Assembly: GCA_039933215.1 (NCBI GenBank) | Contig: JBDTOO010000005.1 | Span: 22,990-86,989, forward strand | Source of the DNA: Acidobacteriota bacterium | GTDB taxonomy: Bacteria > Acidobacteriota > Thermoanaerobaculia > UBA5066 > Gp7-AA6 | Direction of reading: 5' to 3' | Length of the DNA stretch: 64,000 nt | In this document: positions 17,815-26,093 of the stretch, in pieces | Layout: each line of letters starts with the position of its first letter | Numbering within the stretch: the stretch's first letter is position 1 | Program-made: the position numbers and the translations under genes | The notes under the pieces: generated by a model | Seen by the model: the letters and a program-made list of their open reading frames with translations, nothing else | What the model was told of the DNA's origin: nothing | Databases searched by the model: none

Positions 17815-19205
17815 CGCTTCACGGCTCCCGCAGCTGCCGGGAGATATTTCTTCCGGATCTTCGCGACGACACCGACGTTACGGTCCGCGACTTCGGAGAT
17901 CTGGTACTCGATCGTGGCCCCGAGGAGAATCGCCGTCTCGGACGCCGTCAGACCGTAGTCCTGCTGAAGCCAGCCCGCGAGGTCCGACCCGGCGTCGCGG
18001 AAAGCCTGGTCGAGGGAGCCGGCGAGCCCCATCGCCATCAAGTGTTCCGCGTTCTCGACGCGGGGTCCCGGAATGCGCTTTTCGCGGAGCAGGTCGACGG
18101 AGAGCTCGACGTCCAGGGAGGTCTCGAGCGCGTTGCCGTTCAATTCTCCGTCGCCCTGGAGCGCGTGCCCGTCGCCGACGTAGATGAGCGCCCCCGGCTG
18201 ACCGACCTGCAGATACACCGTGGCTCCCTCGCGGACCTCGCTGAAGTCCATGTTGCCGCCGATACGGCCGGAGTCGCCCGTTCGAATTGGCGCCCCGCCG
18301 AAACCGGGAGCGACGGCGACGCAGCCGAGCATCGGCCGGACGGGGACGGCGAGCCCTTTCAGGCGTTCCGTCGGTTTCGCCGGCGACGCGGTGCCTTTGT
18401 CGAGGTCGAGACTCCAGACGACGCTCTTGAAATCATTTTCGGGATGCTCGCTCGCGTAGTCGGTCGTGAGCGCGCGGTCGACGATCCCGTCGTCGCTGAT
18501 CGCGGTGGCGCGGTTCAGCCGTAGCTTTCGAATGTGGATCGCGACGACGTCTCCCGGCATGGCCCCCTCCACGTAGAAGGGTCCGGTCTGGGGGTTGCCT
18601 CCGAGCACTCGCGTTCTCATCTTCTCGTCGACGCCGCCCGCGTCGACCGTCTTCGTTCGCACCACGTCGCCCGGCCAGATGCGGAGCACCGGCGGTATCG
18701 AGGCGGAAAAGACGCGGTGGAACTCGGACGGGTCGAAGTCGATCGTCCGCGGGCCCGAGGGACGCGCGGCGTCCGGCGGAATGCGCCGGGCGCGCCAGGG
18801 CGCGGGAGGCTCCTCGCCCCAGACTTCGGGGCCCGAGACCACGACGGTCCCGGAGATCGCCTCTCCTTCGACGCGGCCCGTATAAAGGGCCTTCTCTCCG
18901 CCCTCATTCACCTCGAAGCGGACGGCGCCTTTGTCCGAAGTGCCGGCGATCGGCAGCCGCTTGCCCCGCCGCGAGATCCAGCCGGTGATCCGCCCCTTGT
19001 CGATCTCGAGAGCCATCCGTTCGTGGCCCTCGTTTCCGAAGATGATCGTGGCGAGGTCCCACTCTCGGGCGGGAGCCGCCGGCGTGGCCGGGGGTGAAGC
19101 CTCCGGGGAGGCCGCCGCGGATGCGAAGGAAGCGAAGAGGGTCAGAGCGAGAGAAGGCGGGAGGGCTCGAACGAGCCTCGGGAGAAGTCGGCGAGAGTTG
19201 GGCAT
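17811..19205 (-). CDS. Acetamidase/formamidase family amidohydrolase (FmdA/AmdA), secreted
   Basis: GDGHALQGDGELNGNALE is the family-typical region. Signal peptide. Stop overlaps the end of the AI-2E gene. Confidence 0.8.
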   Translation of the reverse strand: MPNSRRLLPRLVRALPPSLALTLFASFASAAASPEASPPATPAAPAREWDLATIIFGNEGHERMALEIDKGRITGWISRRGKRLPIAGTSDKGAVRFEVNEGGEKALYTGRVEGEAISGTVVVSGPEVWGEEPPAPWRARRIPPDAARPSGPRTIDFDPSEFHRVFSASIPPVLRIWPGDVVRTKTVDAGGVDEKMRTRVLGGNPQTGPFYVEGAMPGDVVAIHIRKLRLNRATAISDDGIVDRALTTDYASEHPENDFKSVVWSLDLDKGTASPAKPTERLKGLAVPVRPMLGCVAVAPGFGGAPIRTGDSGRIGGNMDFSEVREGATVYLQVGQPGALIYVGDGHALQGDGELNGNALETSLDVELSVDLLREKRIPGPRVENAEHLMAMGLAGSLDQAFRDAGSDLAGWLQQDYGLTASETAILLGATIEYQISEVADRNVGVVAKIRKKYLPAAAGAVKR

Positions 19206-19235
19206 TTGGGTCCTCCGGTGTGCGGGGACTCTACT

Positions 19236-19460
19236 CCGTCGCCTCCGCGCTCGCTGCGCGACCGCTGCGGCTCCCGCAGCGTGAGGCTCCTCCGTCCGTC
19301 GCCTCCGCGGTCGCTTTGCGACCGCTCCGGCTCCCGCAGCGTGAGGCTCCTCCCTACCGTCGCCTCCGCGCTCGCTGCGCGAGCACTCCGGCTCCCGCCG
19401 CGTGAGGCTCCTCCCTCCCTTCGGTCGGGAGACTCCTCACGCGGCGAGCGGTCATCGAGG
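19236..19460 (+). repeat. Tandem array of three ~60-bp family-2 units ending in the hairpin partner arm
   Basis: Units CCGTCGCCTCCGCG(C/G)TCGCT(GC/TT)GCGACCGCT(G/C)CGGCTCCCGCAGCGTGAGGCTCCTCC begin at 19236, 19296 and 19357. They are directly abutting, so not CRISPR-like. Confidence 0.8.
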
Positions 19461-19641
19461 TCGCGGTCGTTCGATGCCTTCGGGCGTCTCGAGTGGGGGG
19501 TTTCCCCTTGGAGGGCCCTCACCGGCTTATTGCGCGCCCATGCCCCGATGGTCTGATTTTCCGATGGCCCCCTCGCCCGTCGTACATATCGGCGTGACCT
19601 TCCCTGGGGACCGGCGTCTCCACTTTCCAGGAGGGATCGCC

Positions 19642-20310
19642 ATGGCTCATCCGGCACCGCTTTTCCTCGGCTCCGTCTCGATGGCGGTCCTTCTGGGAGG
19701 CCTGGTCGCGGGCTCCGCCGAGGGAGCCGCTCCCCGCCGTCCCGCCGGCTCGCACCACCCCGTCCGCGAGCGGATGAATGCGTACGTGCTCTCGCAGGGG
19801 GACCACACGATGAGCTCCGACGCCTCCGTCGAGGAGATCGAGTCGCTGCGCGACGAATGGTCCGGCGACTTCCTCTGGGTCCGCCGCGGCGATCGGAAGT
19901 TTCTGATCCGCGACCTGCCCACCGTGAAAGAGGCCCGGACCTTCTTCGCTCCCATGCAGGCGCTCGATCCGGAGAGGCACGCCCTCGAGCGGCGCCAGCA
20001 GGCGATTCAGGAGGAAGAGAGGGACCTCGATCGGGAAGAGGAAGCGATCGAGGAGGAGATTCAGGACATGGACGATCGGGAAGACGACGATCGATCTCTT
20101 CCCGCGGCGGACCGCGATGATCTCGAGCGGCGGCTGCGCGACGTGAGAGCGAAGATGCGGGGCGTCGAGGACCGCGAACGGGCGCTCGACGCGGACGAAA
20201 CCGCGCTCGACCGGCGTTCGGACGCGCTCGAGGCGAAGGCGGAGGCCGCGCTCAGGGCTCTCATCGACCGGGCACTCGAGAAGGGTCTGGCCCGGCCGAT
20301 CGGCGACTAG
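19642..20310 (+). CDS. Hypothetical secreted protein with highly acidic coiled-coil C-terminal half
   Basis: RBS GGAGGGA upstream. Signal peptide MAHPAPLFLGSVSMAVLLGGLVAGSAEG. E/D/R-rich coiled-coil segment. Confidence 0.55.
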   Translation: MAHPAPLFLGSVSMAVLLGGLVAGSAEGAAPRRPAGSHHPVRERMNAYVLSQGDHTMSSDASVEEIESLRDEWSGDFLWVRRGDRKFLIRDLPTVKEARTFFAPMQALDPERHALERRQQAIQEEERDLDREEEAIEEEIQDMDDREDDDRSLPAADRDDLERRLRDVRAKMRGVEDRERALDADETALDRRSDALEAKAEAALRALIDRALEKGLARPIGD

Positions 20311-21965
20311 CGCGCGGGCCGCGGGCGCGCCTCGACCCGCCGGGCGAGTCCTGCGGCGGTCGAGCTCTCGAAAAATTCGCGCACCGGGATCTCGATCCCG
20401 AACGCGTCCCGGATGCGGGAGATCGCCCGGATGACCAGCAGGGAATCCCCGCCTCGGTCGAAGAAGTCGTCGTCGGCGGCCATTTGCGCCACGCCCAGGA
20501 TCCCGGCGAGCAGGGACGCGATCCGCCGCTCGACGGCGTCGTCCGGAAGCGGGCCTGCGAGCCCTGCCGCCTCCGCCGCGGGGACGCTGCCGGGGGCCGG
20601 GGCCGCCCCGCCCGACAGAAGATCGGTGAGCAGGCATTCCGGATCGGTGGCCACGCGCTCCGCGAGCGCTCGGAGTTCCTCCCCGAGGCGGACGACGTCG
20701 TCCGTTTCGAAGAGATCGGTCGCGTAGACGAAGCGCGCGCCGATCTCCCCGGCACCGGCGACGAGGTCCATCTCGAGATCCACCATCGCGACGCGGCTTT
20801 CCGCCGGCTCCACCCCGACGGTGAGAGGCCCGGATCCCGGGGGCCGGCGCGGGACGTTTCTGAAGTTCATCATCATCTGGAAGAGCGGCGGATGGTTCGC
20901 GCTCCGCTTCGGCTGGACCTCCTGGACGACGCGCTCGAAAGGGACGTCCTGATTCTCGTAGGCCTTGAGGGCCGCCGTCCGGACGCGGCGCAGGAGCCCT
21001 GAGAACGAAACGTCTCCGGACAGATCCGCGCGCAGGACGACGGTGTTGATGAAGCAGCCGATGAGGTTTTCCGTATCGACCTGCCCGCGTCCCGCCACCG
21101 GTACGCCGAGCAGAAAATCCCGGCGGCCGCTCCGGCGCGCCAGGAGCACCTGGAACAGCGCGAGCGCCGCCATGAAGATCGTCACGCCCTGGCTCCGCGC
21201 GAGAGCCTTCAGCCGGGCACTCAGCTCGACGCCGAACGAGACGTCTTCGAAGCCCGCCCCGAACGACTCCCGCGCCGGGCGCGGGCGCGCGGAGGGCAGG
21301 TCGAGGAGGACGGGAGCGCCGGCGAGCTTTCGTTTCCACCAGGCGAGCTGCCGCGCCGCCTCGGGCCGCCGCATCCGTTCCCTCTGCCGTCGGGCGTACT
21401 CGCGGTAGGGGAGGGACGGCTCGGGCAGCGCGGACGGGCGTCCCGCGGCGAAGGCCTCGGAAAGCGCCTCGATCTCCGCGACGAGGACCGTCATCGACCA
21501 GGCGTCGAAGACGGCGTGATGGACGTTCCAGAGGAGCCGGTGATCGTCTTCTTCCCATCGGACGAGCCGCGCTCGCCAGAGCGGTCCGCGGGCGAGATCG
21601 AACGGCCGGGCATCCTCCTCCTCCCGCTCGCGGAGCCGGCGCTCGCGCTCGGGCTCTGGCAGGCCGGAGAGATCCTCGAAGGGGAGCGCCACGTCCGCCG
21701 GCGCCGGGAGGACGATCTGCTCGAGCGAAGCGTCATTCCAGCGGATCACCGTCCGGAGCGGCTCGTGGCGGCGCACGATCTCCCGGAGGACGCCCGCGAG
21801 CGTCTCGAGCCGCAGCGGCCCGCGCAGGCGAAGACGGGAAGGGCGCTGGAAGACGCGGCTTCCCGGCTCCATCTGCTCGAAGAACCAGATCCGCTGCTGG
21901 GAAAACGACACGGGTCCGGTGTGGCTTCCGGAGGGAGACCCGGCGCGGGGGCCGGAGGCCGTCAT
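20307..21965 (-). CDS. NRPS-like condensation domain + peptidyl carrier protein (C-T didomain)
   Basis: C1 motif SFSQQRIWFF. C3 motif HHAVFDAWS (HHxxxD). PCP motif FFDRGGDSLLVIRAI. ATG overlaps the stop of the upstream A-T gene by 4 nt. Confidence 0.85.
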   Translation of the reverse strand: MTASGPRAGSPSGSHTGPVSFSQQRIWFFEQMEPGSRVFQRPSRLRLRGPLRLETLAGVLREIVRRHEPLRTVIRWNDASLEQIVLPAPADVALPFEDLSGLPEPERERRLREREEEDARPFDLARGPLWRARLVRWEEDDHRLLWNVHHAVFDAWSMTVLVAEIEALSEAFAAGRPSALPEPSLPYREYARRQRERMRRPEAARQLAWWKRKLAGAPVLLDLPSARPRPARESFGAGFEDVSFGVELSARLKALARSQGVTIFMAALALFQVLLARRSGRRDFLLGVPVAGRGQVDTENLIGCFINTVVLRADLSGDVSFSGLLRRVRTAALKAYENQDVPFERVVQEVQPKRSANHPPLFQMMMNFRNVPRRPPGSGPLTVGVEPAESRVAMVDLEMDLVAGAGEIGARFVYATDLFETDDVVRLGEELRALAERVATDPECLLTDLLSGGAAPAPGSVPAAEAAGLAGPLPDDAVERRIASLLAGILGVAQMAADDDFFDRGGDSLLVIRAISRIRDAFGIEIPVREFFESSTAAGLARRVEARPRPAR

Positions 21966-23794
21966 CCCGGAGCGGCCGCGGCGCCGGGTCCGGGCGGGGA
22001 CTTCGCCTCGACGAGCCGCGCGAGCTTCTCGATCGTCCCGGCCTCGAAGAGCTCGAGGAGAGACACTTCGACTCCGAGCCGCTCGTGGATCCGCGCGGCG
22101 ATCTGGGCGGCGAGGATCGAGTCACCGCCCGCCGCCACGAAGTCTTCCGCCGCATCCAACGGGTCCACCCGCAGGATCTCGGTCCACGTCCGCGCAATCT
22201 CCTGCTCGACCGCGCCTCGAGGCGGCCGCGGCTCCGAGGCGGAACCGGCAGCAGGAGAGGCGGATGTCACGCCGAGCTTCTCCGCGAGCCCGATGCGCTG
22301 GAGTTTGCCGGTCGGGCCCCTGGGGATCTCGGTCACGACGACGATGCGGCGGGGCACCTTGAAATCCGCCAGGTGCTTCGACGCGAATTCGCGGAGCTCC
22401 GACGGCGTCGCCCGGGCGCCCTCCTGGAGGACCACCGCCGCTCCCACCTCTTCGCCGAGACGCGGATCTGGGATCGCGAAGGCCACCGCCTGGGCGACCG
22501 CGGGATGCTCGAGCAGCACTTCGTCGATCTCGCGCGGCGAGATCTTCTCTCCGCCGCGGTTGATGATCTCCTTCAGACGCCCCGTCAGGGTCAGGTAGCC
22601 CTCGGCGTCGAGATGCCCCTGATCGCCCGTGCGAAACCACCCCCGAAGGTACGCGCTCGCATTCGCCGCGGGATTTCCGACGTAGCCCGCCGTGACGTTC
22701 GGCCCGCGGATGACGACCTCGCCCCGCACGCCCGGGCCCGCGAGCTCTCCCTTCTCGTCGAGAACCGCGATCTCCGGTCCCGCGGCGCGCCCGACCGTGC
22801 CGGGCTTGCGGGTCTCCGGGGGGAGAGGGTTGCTCGCCATCTGGTGCGAGGCCTCCGTCATACCGTAGGCCTCGACCACCGGAACGGCAAACGTGCTCTC
22901 GAGCTCGGACAGCACGGCCGGCGGCAGCGATGCGGAGGAGGACCGGACGAAGCGCAGGCGCCCCTTCACCGGTTCGCCCTTCGTCCCTCTCGCGCGCGCG
23001 AGGATCGCCTGGTGCATCGTCGGCACTGCCGTGTACCAGGTCGGCTCAAACTCGCGCATCCAGTCGAAGAACTTCGGGGACTGGAATCCCGGCGCGCACA
23101 CGACGCTTCCCCCGGCGCGAAGCGACGCGAGCAGAGCGGCCACGAGGCCGTGGATGTGAAAGAGAGGCATGACATTCAGGCAGCGGTCGGAGCTCGTGAG
23201 GGCGAGCGTCCGGACGATGTGGCCCGCCGAGGCTCGCAGGTTCGCGCCCGTCAGGGCGACGAGCTTGGGGCGGGACGTCGTGCCGGACGTGTGGAGGAAG
23301 AGGGCGGGGTCGCCCGGTTCGGAGGGGGATGTTGCCGCCGCGCCGGCTGGCGCCCCGGCGGCGGCGATCAGCCGGAACGCTCCCGCCTGCTCCCCGTCGG
23401 GCTCGAGCTCCAGGACCCGCACGCCGAGCCGACCCGCCGCACGCCGGGCCGGGGAGTCCCCGCCGGCCGGAAGCACGATCGCACGCGCGGCGAGGTCGGA
23501 CAGATAGAAGACGAATTCCTCTTCACGATACGCGGGGTTCAAGGGAGCGCTCCCCGCGACGGAAGAGATCGCCAGAAACGCGACCGCCATGTCGGGCCCG
23601 TCCGGAAGGCAGATCGCGATGCGATCGCCGCGGCCGATTCCCGAGGCGGAGAGGTCGGCGGCGACGCGGTCGATCCTCTCTCGGAGGCCGCCGCGCGTGA
23701 GGACCGCACGACCGGGCGCGAGGAGCGCGGGTTCGTCCGCGTCCCGAGGTGAGGGGTCCGGCAGGTAACGGTCCGAGGCGCGAACCTTCTTCAC
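21962..23794 (-). CDS. Adenylation (AMP-binding) domain + peptidyl/acyl carrier protein (A-T didomain; FAAL/NRPS-like)
   Basis: LHTSGTTSRPK (A3), YGMTE (A5), GWFRTGDQG...GRLKEIINRGGEKIS (A7/A8), PTGKLQR (A10), then PCP AAGGDSILAAQIAARI. GTG start. Confidence 0.85.
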   Translation of the reverse strand: MKKVRASDRYLPDPSPRDADEPALLAPGRAVLTRGGLRERIDRVAADLSASGIGRGDRIAICLPDGPDMAVAFLAISSVAGSAPLNPAYREEEFVFYLSDLAARAIVLPAGGDSPARRAAGRLGVRVLELEPDGEQAGAFRLIAAAGAPAGAAATSPSEPGDPALFLHTSGTTSRPKLVALTGANLRASAGHIVRTLALTSSDRCLNVMPLFHIHGLVAALLASLRAGGSVVCAPGFQSPKFFDWMREFEPTWYTAVPTMHQAILARARGTKGEPVKGRLRFVRSSSASLPPAVLSELESTFAVPVVEAYGMTEASHQMASNPLPPETRKPGTVGRAAGPEIAVLDEKGELAGPGVRGEVVIRGPNVTAGYVGNPAANASAYLRGWFRTGDQGHLDAEGYLTLTGRLKEIINRGGEKISPREIDEVLLEHPAVAQAVAFAIPDPRLGEEVGAAVVLQEGARATPSELREFASKHLADFKVPRRIVVVTEIPRGPTGKLQRIGLAEKLGVTSASPAAGSASEPRPPRGAVEQEIARTWTEILRVDPLDAAEDFVAAGGDSILAAQIAARIHERLGVEVSLLELFEAGTIEKLARLVEAKSPPGPGAAAAPG

Positions 23795-23846
23795 GGTGCG
23801 CAGAATACGATGCGCGATCCGTGCCCGCCGGAGAGACCTCGCCGTC

Positions 23847-26006
23847 TCAGCTCGCGGTGCGCGCCGGGGCAGGCGCGTTCTCCCGCGCGGCGCCGTCGAT
23901 GCCGAGCTGCCGGAGGAGAAAGGCCTGGTCGAAGGCGCGCTCCCGGAGCTTGTCGTACCGGCCCGACGAGCCGCCGTGTCCGCCCGCCATGTTGATCTTG
24001 AAGAGGAGCGGATTCCGGTCGGTCTTCATCGCCCGAAGCTTCGCGACGTACTTCGCCGGCTCCCAGTACATGACCTGGCTGTCGTCCCACGACGTCTTGA
24101 CGAGGATCGTCGGGTAGTCCTTCCCCGCGATGTTGTCGTACGGGCTGTATGACCGCATGTAGACGTACTGCTCCCGGATCTTGGGGTTGCCCCACTCCTC
24201 GAACTCGGGAACCGTCAGGGGAACCGACTCGTCGAGCATCGTGTTGATCACGTCCACGAACGGGACGTGGGAGAGCACGACCTTGAACAGGTCGGGTCTC
24301 ATGTTCGTCACGGCTCCCATCAGAAGGCCGCCCGCGCTTCCGCCTTCGATCGCCAGCCGATCCCGCGACGTGTAACGGTCCGCGATGAGCTGCTCGGCGG
24401 ACGCGATGAAATCCGTAAAGGTGTTCTTCTTCGACAGCATCCGTCCCTGGTCGTGCCACTTCTTGCCGAGATCGCCGCCGCCGCGGATGTGCGCGAGCGC
24501 GAGGACGAACCCGCGGTCCAGGAGGCTGATCTCGTTCGAGTCGAACTCGACGTCGGAGGGCGCGCCGTAGGAGCCGTAGGCGCCGAGGAGGAGCGGCGCC
24601 TTGCCGTCCGCGACGAAGCCCTTGCGGTAGACGATCGAGATCGGGATCTTCGTGCCGTCGGAGGCCGTGGCGTACCTCCGCTCCGAGGTGTAGCGGGAGG
24701 GATCGTAGCCGCCGAGGACTTCACGCCGCTTGAGGAGCGTCTTCTCGCCGGTGACGACGTCGTAGTCGTAGACCGACGGCGGCGTGGTGAACGACTCGTA
24801 GGCGATGCGCAGCCTGTTCGTGTCGAACTCGCGATTGTTCTCGGCTCCGGCCGAATAGATCGCCTCGGGGAACTCGAGGCGGCGCGTGGCGCCGGTCTTG
24901 AAATCGAGGATCGAGATCCGCGGAAGCGCGTCCTGGCGCTCGTACACGGCTCCCCATCCCGCGAAGAGGTCGAAGTCTTCGAGCATGACGTCGTCGCGGT
25001 GCGCGATGAGCTCCTTCCAGTTCTCGGGTCGCGGATCCGACGCGGGCGCGACGACGAGACGCTTGTTCCGGCCCCTGTCGTTGGTGAGGACGTAGAACAT
25101 GTCTCCGCGGTGGTCGACGAGGTACTCTCGGTCGTGGACCCGGGGCGCGACCATCCGGAGCGGCGCGGTGGGGGCTTCGGCCTTCAGGTATCGCACCTCG
25201 GATGTCGTCAGACTGCCCGATTCGAAGAAAAGGTACTCGCCGCTGCGGGAGCGGTGCACGCCGACGCCGAACATCTCGTCCTTCTCCTCGTGGAGGAGGG
25301 TGTCCCCTTTCGTGTCGGTACCCACGGAGTGCCGCCACAGCCGGTTGGGCCGCTTCGCGAGGTCCGTGGTCGCGTAGAAGATCGTCTTGTTGTCGGCCGC
25401 CCAGGCCACGGACCGCACGCGCTCGGCCGTGTCCGGCAGGACCCGGCCCGTCTTCAGGTCCTTGACGTGGAGGTCGTAGTCGCGAAAGCCTGTCTTGTCG
25501 GTCGTGTACGCGAGCGAGTTCCCGTCGTCGCTCACGCGCCAGGCCCCGACCGACATGAACTTCTCGCCTCGGGCGAGCTCGTTCACGTCGAGGACGATCT
25601 CCTCCGGCGCGTCGAGCGTCTTCTTGCGGCAGTAGATGGGATAGGCCTTCCCCTGCTCCGTCCGCGAGTAATAGAAATAGCCGCGGTCGCGGAACGGAAC
25701 GGAGAGGTCGGTCTCCTTGATGCGCCCGAGCATCTCGGCGTAGAGCGTCTTCTGAAGCGGCTCGGTCGGCTTCATGACCGCGTCCGTGTAGGCGTTCTCC
25801 GCTTCGAGATACGCGCGTACCTGGGGATCCTTCTTCTCGCGCATCCAGAAGTAGTCGTCCTGCAGGGTGTCGCCGTGGATCGTGATCGACCGCGCGATCT
25901 TTTTCGCGACCGGCGGTTTCGGCGGAGCGACGGACTCTTCGGCGTCAAGCACGGGCACGAGGACACTCATTGCGAGTGCCGTCACCAGAGCGGTTCGGCG
26001 GGACAT
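23847..26006 (-). CDS. Oligopeptidase B / S9A prolyl oligopeptidase family, secreted
   Basis: N-terminal propeller region DDYFWMREKKDPQVRAYLEAENAYT. Catalytic Ser motif GGSAGGLLMG. AGGAGG RBS. Signal peptide. Confidence 0.85.
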   Translation of the reverse strand: MSRRTALVTALAMSVLVPVLDAEESVAPPKPPVAKKIARSITIHGDTLQDDYFWMREKKDPQVRAYLEAENAYTDAVMKPTEPLQKTLYAEMLGRIKETDLSVPFRDRGYFYYSRTEQGKAYPIYCRKKTLDAPEEIVLDVNELARGEKFMSVGAWRVSDDGNSLAYTTDKTGFRDYDLHVKDLKTGRVLPDTAERVRSVAWAADNKTIFYATTDLAKRPNRLWRHSVGTDTKGDTLLHEEKDEMFGVGVHRSRSGEYLFFESGSLTTSEVRYLKAEAPTAPLRMVAPRVHDREYLVDHRGDMFYVLTNDRGRNKRLVVAPASDPRPENWKELIAHRDDVMLEDFDLFAGWGAVYERQDALPRISILDFKTGATRRLEFPEAIYSAGAENNREFDTNRLRIAYESFTTPPSVYDYDVVTGEKTLLKRREVLGGYDPSRYTSERRYATASDGTKIPISIVYRKGFVADGKAPLLLGAYGSYGAPSDVEFDSNEISLLDRGFVLALAHIRGGGDLGKKWHDQGRMLSKKNTFTDFIASAEQLIADRYTSRDRLAIEGGSAGGLLMGAVTNMRPDLFKVVLSHVPFVDVINTMLDESVPLTVPEFEEWGNPKIREQYVYMRSYSPYDNIAGKDYPTILVKTSWDDSQVMYWEPAKYVAKLRAMKTDRNPLLFKINMAGGHGGSSGRYDKLRERAFDQAFLLRQLGIDGAARENAPAPARTAS

Positions 26007-26093
26007 GGGGGCCTCCTGAAAACAGAGCCGCGATCATAGCAAGCGCTCCGGCGGGACATTCGCGGCTCCGGCGCGTCGCGGCCGGGAGGGGGC

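Noticed and set aside
19236-19460. Possible CRISPR array
   Set aside because: The about 60-bp units are directly adjacent with no unique spacers and only three copies. The same unit occurs singly at three other intergenic sites. No cas genes are in the window.
19519-21558. 679-aa minus-strand ORF overlapping the C-T didomain gene in another frame
   Set aside because: The real gene is in a different frame of the same strand (20307-21965) with canonical NRPS motifs. This frame is R/G/P-rich with no motifs.
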